Source: Eledone cirrhosa (taxonomy: Eukaryota). Taken from it: a stretch of 64,000 nucleotides of DNA. The notes under the pieces were generated by a model, which had not been told where the DNA came from, ran no database searches, and worked only from the letters and a program-made list of their open reading frames with translations. Below, piece by piece: positions 40,621-53,110 of the stretch; the stretch's first letter is position 1; every line of letters begins with the position of its first letter. The DNA is taken from NCBI GenBank assembly GCA_964016885.1, contig OZ024743.1, positions 310,744,001-310,808,000 on the forward strand, read 5' to 3'. The translations under genes were made by a program, and so were the position numbers.

Positions 40621-41260
40621 GCTCAAATATTCAAATATTCAACTTTGTATTGTACACTGTATATCCCCAAAAAAATGGCTATAAATGGAAGAAGAAGAAC
40701 CCCCCCCCCCCTCCTCTCCTCTGGCTACACTATATAGGACAGCTAAACTCACCAACACCAGAAACTAGATACACCACCCACCCCATCATCTGTGTACACT
40801 AAACACAACAGCATTTTCACCTTCACCGCCACCGCTCACTACGGCCATCATTACCACCACTATCCCATCACCGCCGCCACCACCCCTTGACTCCTTCACT
40901 GCTGCTGCCACCGCTACAGCACCATCACTACAGTAATACGGCTCAAATATTCAAATATTCAACTTTGTATTGTACACTGTATATCCAAAAAAAAATAAAA
41001 TGGCTATAAATGGAAGAAGAAGAACCCCCCCTCCTCTCCTCTGGCTACACTATATAGGACAGCGAAACTCACCAACACCAGAAACTAGATACACCACCCA
41101 CCCCATCATCTGTGTACACTAAACACAACAGCATTTTCACCTTTACCGCCACCGCTCACTACGGCCATCATTACCACCACTATCCCATCACCGCCGCCAC
41201 CACCCCCTGACTCCTTCACTGCTGCTGCCACCGCTACAGCACCATCACTACAGTAATACG
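40621..41260 (+). repeat. 320-bp tandem duplication in the 5' UTR of copy 1
   Basis: 40621-40940 is repeated at 40941-41260. Copy 2 has a single unit. Confidence 0.9.
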
Positions 41261-41830
41261 GTCGCATCACCGCCACCACTGCCTCGGTATCGACATCACC
41301 ACCACCACTGTCTCAGTATCGCCAACGCCGCCAGTCTCTGCTGGCTACCACTTCCACATTATAGAATTCCTACTACTAACAAAGAGGAAGGCATCAAAAT
41401 ATATAGATAGACTCAAAAGAAAAAAGAAAAAACAAACAACAAAAGCAGCACAGCAACAACAGTAAAAAACGAGAAAAACAGAGAAAAACAAAAACAAAAA
41501 AAGAAACCCCAAAAACGTAAAGAAAATAAGAATGAAGAGAGAAGCAGGCGGACGGACAGAGAAGAGGGGGGAAAAAGTAAAACTTAAAAAACAAAAACTA
41601 AGTCAGACATTCGAATACTACATTACAATGAAACTTATGCTTATTCATTTTTGGGGCCCTTTCTGCCCGTGTGTTTGTTTGTTTATGTGTGTCCGTATAC
41701 AGCGTGGTGATAATGCCACACAAGGGCCAAGTGGGATGGCGGATCCACAGATGGCTATGTAAACATACATTCGCCAATCCTCGATAAGAGTGTTTAAATA
41801 TCGAACATAAACAGTTCGAATAACGGTGAA

Positions 41831-44800
41831 ATGGAGACTAGAACGTCATGTGACAGACTCTCACCCAACAGGTGCCCCCTGGCTCAGCAGCAGGAACCTG
41901 ACTGTCAACCAAATACTGCTGATGTTGGAGGAAGAAGAAGAAGGAAAGGGGCCAGAACCAACTGGACGAAAGAATTGAATAGAACTGTTATGCAATGCTA
42001 CCTGAAAAGTAACCCCAAGGAGAGGGGCTACAGGAGACGGATGCATAACATCTGGAACGAGATTGGTTTATTTAAATTAGATGAACAAAAATTGGCCGGG
42101 CAGGCTCGGGTAATAAGAACTAATGGGTGGATAAGCGAGCTGGAACTGGAGGAACTGAGCAGAGAGAATGGCTTGGAGATGGCGGGTGTAGTATGCCAGA
42201 CAAGCGAGCCGGCGGGAAATGAAGGTGAGGAGGTCCTGAGAACGGAGGAACCACCCGAAGCAGACAATGATCTGAATACTGAGATAAATAATACCTGGAA
42301 CAGAGATACGGCCACTGAGGAGATGAATGCTGACGGGCTAGGACAAGATTCGGTTGACATCCTAAATTTAGTGGTAGATGAGTTGAACAATGATAGTGGG
42401 AGACCTATGAACCTAAGATTTGTAGACAGGAAAAAGTTAAAAGAAACAACAGCTAAGGTAAACAAAGTCATCCCATACCTTGAGGCGAGGAGTCTTCACC
42501 AGTGCAACAATATCCTCAAAGCAACAGCAAATACGGTGAGGAAACTACTTGGTATAAAAGCGAGAGGAAACAACAGACAAGAAAGAGCAGAGCCGTGGTG
42601 GAAGAAGCGACTGAGTGGGCAAATCGGGGAAATGAGAAATGACATAGGAAAGCTTGAGTCACTACTGAATGGGACACTAAAAAACATAGGCACTAAAAAT
42701 AGACTGGAAATAAAATACAAAACTAGGAGTAAAAAGCTAAATATTATCATAGAGGAATTGAAGCAACGCATTGTAGCAAAGAGTGCCAAAATCAGGCGAT
42801 ACGAGAACAGAGTCAGTCAGTATAAACAGAACCGCATGTTCGACAACAACCAGAAGATGCTGTTTGGACAGCTTGAGGGGAAAGAAAGAGGCAACGACTT
42901 GATCCCTGGGGCGGAACAAGCTAAAACATTCTGGAGAGGAATATGGGAGCAGGATGTTAGACACAATGCCCAGGCAGGGTGGATTGAGACAGTACAGAGG
43001 GAGATCGGTGAGCAGGCACAGCAACAGACTGATTTGAGTATCACAGTTGAAACTCTTAAGGGGCAAGCCAAAAAACTAACCAACTGGAAATCACCAGGCC
43101 CAGATGGTGTGCAGGGGTATTGGATTAAACATTTAACATCCCTCCACCCGAAGCTGACGGCCATGTTCAATGACTGCTTGGTGTCGGGTGAGGTGCCAGA
43201 GTGGTTGACAAAAGGTACCACAGTTCTGATAATGAAAGACCGAATCAAGGGTAATGATGTTACCAACTATAGACCTATCACATGTCTGCCCGTAATGTGG
43301 AAACTGTTGACGAGCATTGTGTGTGAGGAAATCTACCATCACCTCCACACAAACAACTTGTTGCCGGACGAACAGAAAGGATGCCGAAAGAAGTCACGTG
43401 GTACAAAGGACCAGTTGCTTATTGATAAGATGGTAATGGGGAATTGCAGGAGGAGACACACTGATCTTGCCATGGGATGGATAGACTACAGAAAGGCATT
43501 TGACATGGTGCCTCATTCCTGGATCACCAAAAGCCTGGAGATCTTCAGGGTGGCAGATAACATCAGACAGTTGCTGGGCAGGAGTATGGGGTCCTGGGAG
43601 ACAGAGTTGACATCAACTGGAGTATCCTTGGGAAGCGTGAAGATCAAGAGAGGTATCTTCCAGGGAGATAGCCTGTCCCCTCTGTTGTTTGTCCTTGCCC
43701 TGATGCCCTTGACCATTATGCTGCGAAAGGTGAGAGCAGGATACAAGTTGGGAAGGGGAGAGCTTACCATCAATCACCTCCTCTTCATGGACGATCTTAA
43801 GCTCTTCGGGAAAAGTGAGAAGGAGTTGGATGTGCTTGTTGACACTGTCCGTATTTTCAGCAGTGATATATGTATGCAGTTTGGTATTAGTAAATGTGGA
43901 GTCATTGTGATGAGTAGGGGTAGGTTGAGCAGAAGTAACGGGATCCAGATACCAACAGGTGAGATGATAAAGGAAATTGACTCTGAGGAAGGATACAAGT
44001 ATTTGGGCGTTCTGGAGGCTGATGGCATAAAGAACAAAAAAATGAAGGAATTGTTAAGAACTGAATACATTCGGAGAGTAAGGAGCGTATTGAAGTCACA
44101 TCTGAACAGCAGAAATGCCATAAGCGCAGTAAATTCCCGAGCTGTGTCTATTATTAGGTACAGTGCGGGAATTCTGAGATGGAATGTTGCTGAACAAAAA
44201 GAAATGGATAGGAAGACTAGGAAGCTATTGACTATCTACAACGTGTTCCACAAGAGGAGTGATGTCGATAGACTCTACCTAAGGAGATCTGAGGGTGGAA
44301 GAGGTCTTATCAGCATAGAGGACTGTGTTCAGATGGAGAAAAACAACCTATACAAATACGTGACCTATAGTAAGGAGCCAATGCTCAGAGCTGTACTGAA
44401 GGAGGGGACAGTAGGCCAGGGGATACCCAAGGAGGAAATAACATCAAGGAGGAAGAGCAGCCTTAAGGGAAAATCCCTTCATAGTACCTTCTTTGAGAAA
44501 ACTGAATTTAGAGATCCACAGACATGGAACTGGTTGAGAAGAGGAGACCTCAAAAAGGCTACAGAAGGAATGCTAATGGCTGCGCAGGAGCAGGCCCTCA
44601 AAACGAAGTGGTTGAAGCACCATATCTACAAGGAGGAGGCTAGCCCACTGTGCAGGATCTGTGGAGAGAGAGAGGAGACTGTGGCTCACATTGTGTCCGA
44701 GTGTAAACACCTAGCCCAGACCCACTATAAGGGCTGGAGACACGATGTGATGGGCAGGGTGATCCACTGGCACCTGTGCAAAGTAAACAATCTACCACAT

Positions 44801-45223
44801 TCTGAGAAATGGTATGAGCATAGGCCAGAGGCGGTGATGGAGAACAGTCAGGTGAAGGTGCTGTGGGATTTTAGGATACAGACGGACAAAAAACTGGAAC
44901 ACAATAGACCTGACCTGGTGGTTGTGGACAAAGAAAAAAGATCGTGCCTGATTGTGGATGTGGCCTGCCCGTTCGACACGAGAGTGCAAGAGAAGGAGAG
45001 GGAGAAAATTAACCGATACCAGGACCTAAAGTGGGAGGTGAAAAGGATTTGGAACTGCCATGAAGTCAAAGTGATCCCGATTGTCATAGGCGCACTGGGG
45101 ACTATCTCCAAAGGTTTCCAGGGATGGTTAAAGAAAATCGGCCCCTTCACGCTTTTTGGAACGCTTCAAAAGGCATGCTTGCTTGGAACGACAAGAACCC
45201 TCCGATACGTCCTGAATATCTGA
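41831..45223 (+). CDS. RT plus CCHC zinc knuckle plus restriction-like endonuclease (R4 clade), 1130 aa
   Basis: KSPGPDG, YRPITCL, WIDYRKAFD, GIFQGDSLSP, LFMDD, YKYLG, CRIC...H...C, RHD, RPDLVVVD...D...EK..KI.RY. Confidence 0.95.
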   Translation: METRTSCDRLSPNRCPLAQQQEPDCQPNTADVGGRRRRKGARTNWTKELNRTVMQCYLKSNPKERGYRRRMHNIWNEIGLFKLDEQKLAGQARVIRTNGWISELELEELSRENGLEMAGVVCQTSEPAGNEGEEVLRTEEPPEADNDLNTEINNTWNRDTATEEMNADGLGQDSVDILNLVVDELNNDSGRPMNLRFVDRKKLKETTAKVNKVIPYLEARSLHQCNNILKATANTVRKLLGIKARGNNRQERAEPWWKKRLSGQIGEMRNDIGKLESLLNGTLKNIGTKNRLEIKYKTRSKKLNIIIEELKQRIVAKSAKIRRYENRVSQYKQNRMFDNNQKMLFGQLEGKERGNDLIPGAEQAKTFWRGIWEQDVRHNAQAGWIETVQREIGEQAQQQTDLSITVETLKGQAKKLTNWKSPGPDGVQGYWIKHLTSLHPKLTAMFNDCLVSGEVPEWLTKGTTVLIMKDRIKGNDVTNYRPITCLPVMWKLLTSIVCEEIYHHLHTNNLLPDEQKGCRKKSRGTKDQLLIDKMVMGNCRRRHTDLAMGWIDYRKAFDMVPHSWITKSLEIFRVADNIRQLLGRSMGSWETELTSTGVSLGSVKIKRGIFQGDSLSPLLFVLALMPLTIMLRKVRAGYKLGRGELTINHLLFMDDLKLFGKSEKELDVLVDTVRIFSSDICMQFGISKCGVIVMSRGRLSRSNGIQIPTGEMIKEIDSEEGYKYLGVLEADGIKNKKMKELLRTEYIRRVRSVLKSHLNSRNAISAVNSRAVSIIRYSAGILRWNVAEQKEMDRKTRKLLTIYNVFHKRSDVDRLYLRRSEGGRGLISIEDCVQMEKNNLYKYVTYSKEPMLRAVLKEGTVGQGIPKEEITSRRKSSLKGKSLHSTFFEKTEFRDPQTWNWLRRGDLKKATEGMLMAAQEQALKTKWLKHHIYKEEASPLCRICGEREETVAHIVSECKHLAQTHYKGWRHDVMGRVIHWHLCKVNNLPHSEKWYEHRPEAVMENSQVKVLWDFRIQTDKKLEHNRPDLVVVDKEKRSCLIVDVACPFDTRVQEKEREKINRYQDLKWEVKRIWNCHEVKVIPIVIGALGTISKGFQGWLKKIGPFTLFGTLQKACLLGTTRTLRYVLNI

Positions 45224-45334
45224 GGCTGCAGGTAGTGGCTTGATATTCAATCCAACGGACTTTCCAGTTAACCAACATCAATGACTGAGATTCAAGGAAT
45301 AACAATAACAGTAATAATAATAATAATAATAATC

Positions 45335-45377
<43 letters not shown>

Positions 45378-46097
45378 GGGAAGAAGACGCACGAGGTGAC
45401 GGAGGTCATGAAATCGCTCCCGTAAGTTTTGAATTTTTAACATATTTAAATCATTTGTGAAAGTACAAATGCTACGTAAAGCACCCGGCTTGAGCCCCAA
45501 AAAATTCGGACCCAAAATATATTGTTATAAGGCTCAAATATTCAAATATTCAACTTTGTATTGTACACTGTATATCCAAAAAGAAAATGGCTATAAATGG
45601 AAGAAGAACACCCCCCCTCCTCTCCTCTGTATACACTATATAGAACAGCCAAACTCACCAACACCAGAAACTAGATACACCACCCACCCAATCACCTGTG
45701 TACACTAAACACAACAGCCAGATAACGGCATTTTCACCACCACCGCTCACTACGGCCATCATTACCACCATTATCCCATCACCGCCGCCACCACCCCTTC
45801 ACTCCTTCACTGCTACCACCGCTACAGCACCATCACTACAGTAATACGGTCACATCACCGCCACCACTGCCTCGGTATCGACATCACCACCACCACTGTC
45901 TCAGTATCGCTACCGCCGCCAGTCCCCCACTTCTCCCAGCTGGCTGCTGCCACCACAGTATAGAATCCCTACTGCTAAAAAAGAGGAAGGCATCAAAATA
46001 TATAGATAGACTCAAAAGAAAAAAGAAAAAACAAACAACAAAACCAAAGCAGCACAGCAACAACAGCAAAAAACGAGAAAAACAAACAGAGAAAAAC

Positions 46098-46129
<32 letters not shown>

Positions 46130-49100
46130 AACAAAAAAAACGTAAAGAAAATAAGAATGAAGAGAGAAGCAGGCGGACGGACAGAGAAGAGGGGGGAAAA
46201 ACTAAAACTTAAAAAACAAAAACTAAGTCAGACATTCGAACACTACATTACAATGAAACTTATGCTTATTCATTTTTGGGGCCCTTTCTGCCTGTGTGTT
46301 TGTTTGTTTATGTGTGTTCGTATACAGCGTGGTGATAATGCCACACAAGGGCCAAGTGGAATGGCGGATCCACAGATGGCTATGTAACCATACATTCGCC
46401 AATCCTCGATAAGAGTGTTTAAATATCGAACATAAACAGTTCGAATAACGGTGAAATGGAGACTAGAACGTCATGTGACAGACTCTCACACAACAGGTGC
46501 CCCCTGGCTCAGCAGCAGGAACCTGACTGTCAACCAAATACTGCTGATGTTGGAGGAAGGAGAAGAAGGAAAGGGGCCAGAACCAACTGGACGAAAGAAT
46601 TGAATACAACTGTTATGCAATGTTACCTGAAAAGTAACCCCAAGGAGAGGAGCTACAGGAGACGGATGCATAACATCTGGAACGAGATTGGTTTATTTAA
46701 ATTAGATGAACAAAAATTGGCCGGGCAGGCTCGGGTAATAAGAACTAATGGGTGGATAAGCGAGCTGGAACTGGAGGAACTGAGCAGAGAGAATGGCTTG
46801 GAGATGGCGGGTGTAGTATGCCAGACAAGCGAGCCAGTGGGAAATGAAGGTGAAGAGGTCCTGCGAACGGAGGAACCACCCGAAGCAGACAATGATCTGA
46901 ATACTGAGATAAATAATACCTGGAACAGAGATACGGCCACTGAGGAGATGAATGCTGACCGGCTAGGACAAGATTCGGTTGACATCCTAAATTTAGTGGT
47001 AGATGAATTGAACAATGATAGTGGGAGACCTATGAACCTAAGATTTGTAGACAGGAAAAAGTTAAAAGAAACAACAGCTAAGGTAAACAAAGTCATCCCA
47101 TACCTTGAGGCGAGGAGCCTTCACCAGTGCAACAATATCCTCAAAGCAACAGCAAATACGGTGAGGAAACTACTTGGTATAAAAGCGAGAGGAAACAACA
47201 GACAAGAAAGAGCAGAGCCGTGGTGGAAGAAGCGACTGAGTGGGCAAATCGGGGAAATGAGAAATGACATAGGAAAGCTTGAGTCACTACTGAATGGGAC
47301 ACTAAAAAACATAGGCACTAAAAATAGACTGGAAATAAAATACAAAACTAGGAGGAAAAAGCTAAATATTATCATAGAGGAACTGAAGCAACGCATTGTA
47401 GCAAAGAGTGCAAAAATCAGGCGATACGAAAACAGAGTCAGTCAGTATAAACAGAACCGCATGTTCGACAACAACCAGAAGATGCTGTTTGGACAGCTTG
47501 AGGGGAAAGAAAGAGGCAACGACTTGATCCCTGGGGCGGAGCAAACTAAAACATTCTGGAGAGGAATATGGGAGCAGGATGTTAGACATAATGTCCAGGC
47601 AGGGTGGATTGAGACAGTACAGAGGGAGATCGGTGAGCAGGCACAACAACAAACTGATTTGAGTATCACAGTTGAAACTCTTAAGGGGCAGGCCAAAAAA
47701 CTAACCAACTGGAAATCACCAGGCCCAGATGGTGTGCAGGGGTATTGGATTAAACATTTAACATCCCTCCACCCGAAGCTGACGGCCATGTTCAATGACT
47801 GCTTGGTGTCGGGTGAGGTGCCAGAGTGGTTGACAAAAGGTACCACAGTTCTGATAATGAAAGACCGAATCAAGGGTAATGATGTTACCAACTATAGACC
47901 TATCACATGTCTGTCCGTAATGTGGAAACTGTTGACGAGCATTGTGTCTGAGGAAATCTACCATCACCTCCACACAAACAACTTGTTACCGGACGAACAG
48001 AAAGGATGCCGAAAGAAGTCACGTGGTACAAACAACCAGTTACTTATTGATAAGATGGTAATGGGGAATTGCAGGAGGAGACACATTGATCTTGCCATGG
48101 GATGGATAGACTACAGAAAGGCATTTGTCATGGTGCCTCATTCTTGGATCACCAAAAGCCTGGAGATCTTCAGGGTGGCAGATAACATCAGACAGTTGCT
48201 GGGCAGGAGTATAGGGTCCTGGGAGACAGAGTTGACATCAACTGGAGTATCCTTGGGATACGTGAAGATCAAGAGAGGTATCTTCCAGGGAGATGGCCTG
48301 TCCCCTCTGTTGTTTGTCCTTGCCCTGATGCCCTTGACCATTATGCTGCGAAAAGTGAGGGCAGGATACAAGTTGGGAAGGGGAGAGCTTACCATCAATC
48401 ACCTCCTCTTCATGGACGATCTTAAGCTCTTCGGGAAAAGTGAGAAGGAGTTGGATGTGCTTGTTGACACTGTCCGTATTTTCAGCAGTGATATATGTAT
48501 GCAGTTTGGTATTGGTAAATGTGGAGACATTGTGATGAGGAGGGGTAGGTTGAGCAGAAGTAACGGGATCCAGATACCAACAGGTGAGATGATAAAGGAA
48601 ATTGACTCTGAGGAAGGATACAAGTATTTGGGCGTTCTGGAGGCTGATGGCATAAAGAACAAAAAAATGAAAGAATTGTTGAGAACTGAATACATTCGGA
48701 GAGGAAGGAGCGTATTGAAGTCACATCTGAACAGCAGAAATGCCATAAGCGCAGTAAATTCCCGAGCTGTGTCTATTATTAGGTACAGTGCGGGAATTCT
48801 GAGATGGAATGTTGCTGAACAAAAAGAAATGGATAGGAAGACTAGGAAGCTATTGACCATCTACATCATGTTCCACAAGAGGAGTGATGTCGATAGACTC
48901 TACCTAAGGAGATCTGAGGGTGGAAGAGGTCTTATCAGCATAGAGGACTGTGTTCAGATGGAGAAAAACAACCTATACAAATACGTGACCTATAGTAAGG
49001 AGCCAATGCTCAGAACTGTACTGAAGGAGGGGACAGTAGGCCAGGGGATGCCCAAGGAGGAAATAACATCAAGGAGGAAGAGCAGCCTTAAGGGAAAATC

Positions 49101-49934
49101 CCTTCATAGTACCTTCTTTGAGAAAACTGAATTTAGAGATCCACAGACATGGAACTGGTTGAGAAGAGGAGACCTCAAAAAGGCTACAGAAGGAATGCTA
49201 ATGGCTGCGCAGGAGCAGGCCTTCAAAACGAACTGGTTGAAGCACCATATTTACAAGGAGGAGGCTAGCCCACTGTGCAGGATCTGTGGAGAGAGAGAGG
49301 TGACTGTGGCTCACATTGTGTCCGAGTGTAAACACCTAGCCCAGACCCACTATAAGGGCTGGAGACACGATGTGATGGGCAGGGTGATCCACTGGCACCT
49401 GTGCAAAGTAAACAATTTACCACATTCTGTGAAATGGTATGAGCATAGGCCAGAGGCGGTGATGGAGAACAATCAGTTGAGGGTGCTGTGGGATTTTAGG
49501 ATACAGACGGACAAAAAACTGGAACACAATAGACCTGACCTGGTGGTTGTGGACAAAGAAAAAAGATCGTGCCTGATTGTGGATGTGGCCTGCCCGTTCG
49601 ACACGAGAGTGCAAGAGAAGGAGAGGGAGAACATTAACCGATACCAGGACCTAAAGTGGGAGGTGAAAAGGATTTGGAACTGCCATGAAGTCAAAGTGAT
49701 CCCGATTGTCATAGGCGCACTGGGGACTATCTCCAAAAGTTTCCAGGGATGGTTGAAGAAGATCGGCCCCTTCACGCTTTTTGGAACGCTTCAAAAGGCA
49801 TGCTTGCTTGGAACAGCAAGAACCCTCCGATACGTCCTGAATATCTGAGGCTGCAGGTAGTGGCTTGATATTCAATCCAACGGACTTTCCAGTTAACCAA
49901 CATCAATGACTGAGATTCAAGGAATAACAACAAT
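45378..49934 (+). mobile_element. Full-length R4/Dong-type RLE non-LTR retrotransposon, copy 2
   Basis: Same 5' start (GGGAAGAAGACGCACG) and 3' end as copy 1, flanked by (TAA)n. Confidence 0.92.
46456..49848 (+). CDS. RT plus CCHC plus RLE, 1130 aa, open but with substitutions in conserved RT motifs
   Basis: Colinear with copy 1. Changes include KAFD>KAFV, QGDS>QGDG and GTKDQ>GTNNQ. Confidence 0.9.
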   Translation: METRTSCDRLSHNRCPLAQQQEPDCQPNTADVGGRRRRKGARTNWTKELNTTVMQCYLKSNPKERSYRRRMHNIWNEIGLFKLDEQKLAGQARVIRTNGWISELELEELSRENGLEMAGVVCQTSEPVGNEGEEVLRTEEPPEADNDLNTEINNTWNRDTATEEMNADRLGQDSVDILNLVVDELNNDSGRPMNLRFVDRKKLKETTAKVNKVIPYLEARSLHQCNNILKATANTVRKLLGIKARGNNRQERAEPWWKKRLSGQIGEMRNDIGKLESLLNGTLKNIGTKNRLEIKYKTRRKKLNIIIEELKQRIVAKSAKIRRYENRVSQYKQNRMFDNNQKMLFGQLEGKERGNDLIPGAEQTKTFWRGIWEQDVRHNVQAGWIETVQREIGEQAQQQTDLSITVETLKGQAKKLTNWKSPGPDGVQGYWIKHLTSLHPKLTAMFNDCLVSGEVPEWLTKGTTVLIMKDRIKGNDVTNYRPITCLSVMWKLLTSIVSEEIYHHLHTNNLLPDEQKGCRKKSRGTNNQLLIDKMVMGNCRRRHIDLAMGWIDYRKAFVMVPHSWITKSLEIFRVADNIRQLLGRSIGSWETELTSTGVSLGYVKIKRGIFQGDGLSPLLFVLALMPLTIMLRKVRAGYKLGRGELTINHLLFMDDLKLFGKSEKELDVLVDTVRIFSSDICMQFGIGKCGDIVMRRGRLSRSNGIQIPTGEMIKEIDSEEGYKYLGVLEADGIKNKKMKELLRTEYIRRGRSVLKSHLNSRNAISAVNSRAVSIIRYSAGILRWNVAEQKEMDRKTRKLLTIYIMFHKRSDVDRLYLRRSEGGRGLISIEDCVQMEKNNLYKYVTYSKEPMLRTVLKEGTVGQGMPKEEITSRRKSSLKGKSLHSTFFEKTEFRDPQTWNWLRRGDLKKATEGMLMAAQEQAFKTNWLKHHIYKEEASPLCRICGEREVTVAHIVSECKHLAQTHYKGWRHDVMGRVIHWHLCKVNNLPHSVKWYEHRPEAVMENNQLRVLWDFRIQTDKKLEHNRPDLVVVDKEKRSCLIVDVACPFDTRVQEKERENINRYQDLKWEVKRIWNCHEVKVIPIVIGALGTISKSFQGWLKKIGPFTLFGTLQKACLLGTARTLRYVLNI

Positions 49935-49935
49935 G

Positions 49936-50033
<98 letters not shown>

Positions 50034-52185
50034 AAGAAGAAGAAGAAGAAGAAGAAGAAGAAGAAGAAGAAACATAATAGGGAGGAGGAGGAGGAGGAGG
50101 AGGAGGAGGAGGAGGAGGAGGAGGAGGAGGAGGAGGAGGAGGAGGATGAGGAGGAGGAGGAGGAGGAGGAGGAGGAGGAGGAGATAATGAAGAAATGAGT
50201 GGCAGTTCTTTACCAAAGATAATCTATATTTATCTAGAAGAATCGACTTCTTATTTATTGGATGACAGGTTTTATCGGCTGACTATTTTAACACCATTAC
50301 CTTCGGTGGCTTTGTTGCAGGTTTCCGGGCAGGTCCTCCAGTTTAAGGGCACACCTTTCCCCTCTTTACTAAAGTGTGTGTCAGAGTCTCCGAAAACGAG
50401 TAGGTGTCCCCACCTTCTACTAGTCGCGGCGGCCCCGAAAACGATTATAAACAAAGCATTTCCCTGTCTGACGAAATAGTAGAAAAACATTCCTTCTGAA
50501 AAGCTCAGAATGATAATATTTTATCCAGTAATTGCAGAAATTTTTCGAAATATTTTGAATTCATGCAAATTTATTAAATTATTCATAGATGTTGAGCGCA
50601 GAAATAATTGTAACCACATTCAGTTGCTACAAAATACCTTATAAAATAAAAAAGTAAAGACCTTCAGACATGTTTTATAAATTAATTTATATCAACTGAC
50701 TGTAACTGCAGTTACTTTCTGCGCTTTAATATCCTTGAACATACTCTATAAGTTAATTTCCTCAATAGTTTGTATGTTTGAGTTTCACACCCAATGTTTT
50801 TATTAAATTATATTTTAGCTAATACATTATATAGATTTTATTGAAACAATTATTTGAAATAATTATATAAAAGAAATATTTAAATGATTAATGTTTTGAA
50901 AAGTTTTCCTCGCTTAAAATATTACTTTGAACATTACTCTAAAGTATAAAACTCATACTTAACACTAATTAAATGAATTTGTAAAGTGAGAGTTTCAATT
51001 CCAAATAAATTTATTTGTCAAGAATTAATTAATCGAATCTCATCTCCAGCATTTTGTAGTTTACATATGTCTTACAAATCTTACAATTGCATCTTACAGG
51101 TGCATCTTAAGTGTGATTCTTACAATGCCTACGTAAAGGGGCGTGACTTAGTGATTTCGGAGTTCGGCTCAGAGTAGTAAGTTTGGTTCCCGGCATCGCT
51201 TTGTTTCCTTGAGCAGTCAGCTGGGAAAAGGGAATTGTACCTGTAAATCAAAGAGTCAGCCGCGTTATACATTGTATCACGCTGAATTCCCATGTAAACA
51301 ACGTCATTGAAAGTATATGGTTCTGAAGGATGCTCAGCCACTTGAACATTAAGTTGATCACACAACTAGAACACACGTCATCGGATCAACGGAGATCTAA
51401 CGTACAAACATATATCTTGCAAATTATGCCACTTATATACAATGTCTGTCGTAAAAGTATAAGTCATTATTATCTCCCGTGGGACGTAATGACAATAGAG
51501 AGAAAAATCGTGCAGAATTCAGGCGCATAAATTCCTATGTATGCGTAGTTTTTGGTGAGCTCAGTGGATGCGTCCATCGCTGACAGAAAGTCACGATGTG
51601 AGTGATATACAATTTATCCGTCACATTTTCATTTCGCATGATACTACCAACAAGGACCAAAACGTGGATGTAGTTCTTTTACACTTTTTGCTTTGATCCC
51701 AATAAGAAAATTTTACGTTTACATTTTCCATTATAAGTCGGCATTCACCCACACTAATTTATATGACAGATCATAACATCATATGACCATCTCTATCTAC
51801 CACTTTCAATATTTCTTCAACGATACCCAGCGGTCAAAATGTTTAGTAATGTATTTATTGATCGCGGGATATTTATATTTCAAGATAGTTACATACATTT
51901 GTATAATACTGTGAACCTTTATGTTCAGTAATGCGTTTCTCTGATATCTGTACCGTAAGTGGTTTCCTAGTGAGTCGTAATTGTACCACCAGCCGTGATT
52001 GCCTTACATATATGCATAGTTGCATGGATAATAGATGCCGGTTAGGATTAATATTACGTAATATTAGAAATACTCCAATATACAAAGTAGAAGACAATAG
52101 ACAGAGAGTTCTGTCATCCATATTTATTTCCAGATCTCCAATCTCTGTCACACTGTCTCTTCTCCTTATTCTCATTCTTTCTCAC

Positions 52186-52315
<130 letters not shown>

Positions 52316-52372
52316 AGTAGGATACCGAGGTAGATTGGCAGGATACACTGTCAAGAGATCCTACATATTATA

Positions 52373-52426
<54 letters not shown>

Positions 52427-52532
52427 TAGGAGATCAATATCACCACAGGCACTAAGTACCCCTAGAAATATATAGGGTGTCTATGGTACAGTTGTTGTTC
52501 TCTGGTATCAATTTGACATACAAGAACTATAA

Positions 52533-52787
52533 AATTGAGATAAGCAGAGCAAGTAAGATGCAAACAACTTTTTTAAATAAATTAAAAAATAAAATTTAAA
52601 TATTTACCTATTCCTTTAGCTTTTACCGACGGTTTCACCTCACGAAAGATTGGAAATCCGAGGGACTTGCAATGGAAAAGTTCGCTTCTTCAGATCTTTT
52701 GTGAGGTAAAAGCAAGATATTTAAATAATATTTTTTTATTTATTTAAAAAAATTGTTTGAATCTTACTTGCTCCGCTTATCTCAATT
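52533..52787. repeat. Diverged inverted repeat around a partial hammerhead-like motif
   Basis: 52533-52627 is roughly the reverse complement of 52705-52787. The minus strand has GAAA CCGTCGG TA next to a long stem ACCTCAC...GTGAGGT. Confidence 0.65.
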
Positions 52788-52795
52788 ATATATAT

Positions 52796-52851
<56 letters not shown>

Positions 52852-52852
52852 C

Positions 52853-52890
<38 letters not shown>

Positions 52891-53021
52891 GTAAGAAGTC
52901 ATCGGGAAAGTCCTGATAATTTTTTACGAATAAAACATTTCGAGTCCTGTAGAACATTTAGGGGGTACCCACAATAAAATAAGCTTTTCAATACATTAGT
53001 AGAGTGTAAGCATATCTATTT

Positions 53022-53100
53022 AATATAGAAATGACTTCTAGAGGACTGATTATTTCATAGGAATGAAACAGTTTTAGTCCCGTAGAAGTCATTTCTATAT
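53022..53100. repeat. Small fold-back of the 3527-type HHR-like terminal motif
   Basis: ATATAGAAATGACTTCTA.AGGACT ... AGTCCCGTAGAAGTCATTTCTATAT, enclosing CTGATTA...GAAA. Confidence 0.7.
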
Positions 53101-53110
53101 TATATATATT

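Larger units (their letters stand above)
40454..45311 (+). mobile_element. Full-length R4/Dong-type RLE non-LTR retrotransposon, copy 1
   Basis: 5' UTR of about 1.38 kb, a single ORF, a short 3' UTR, and (TAA)n on both sides. Confidence 0.92.

Noticed and set aside
41650-41830. HDV-like ribozyme upstream of the RLE ORF (contains TCCTCG)
   Set aside because: I could not form P3, P1 and P2 in the required nested double-pseudoknot order.
41861-45150. Antisense ORFs overlapping the RLE, RTE and PLE ORFs
   Set aside because: They are shadow frames of the coding strand with no recognisable domains.
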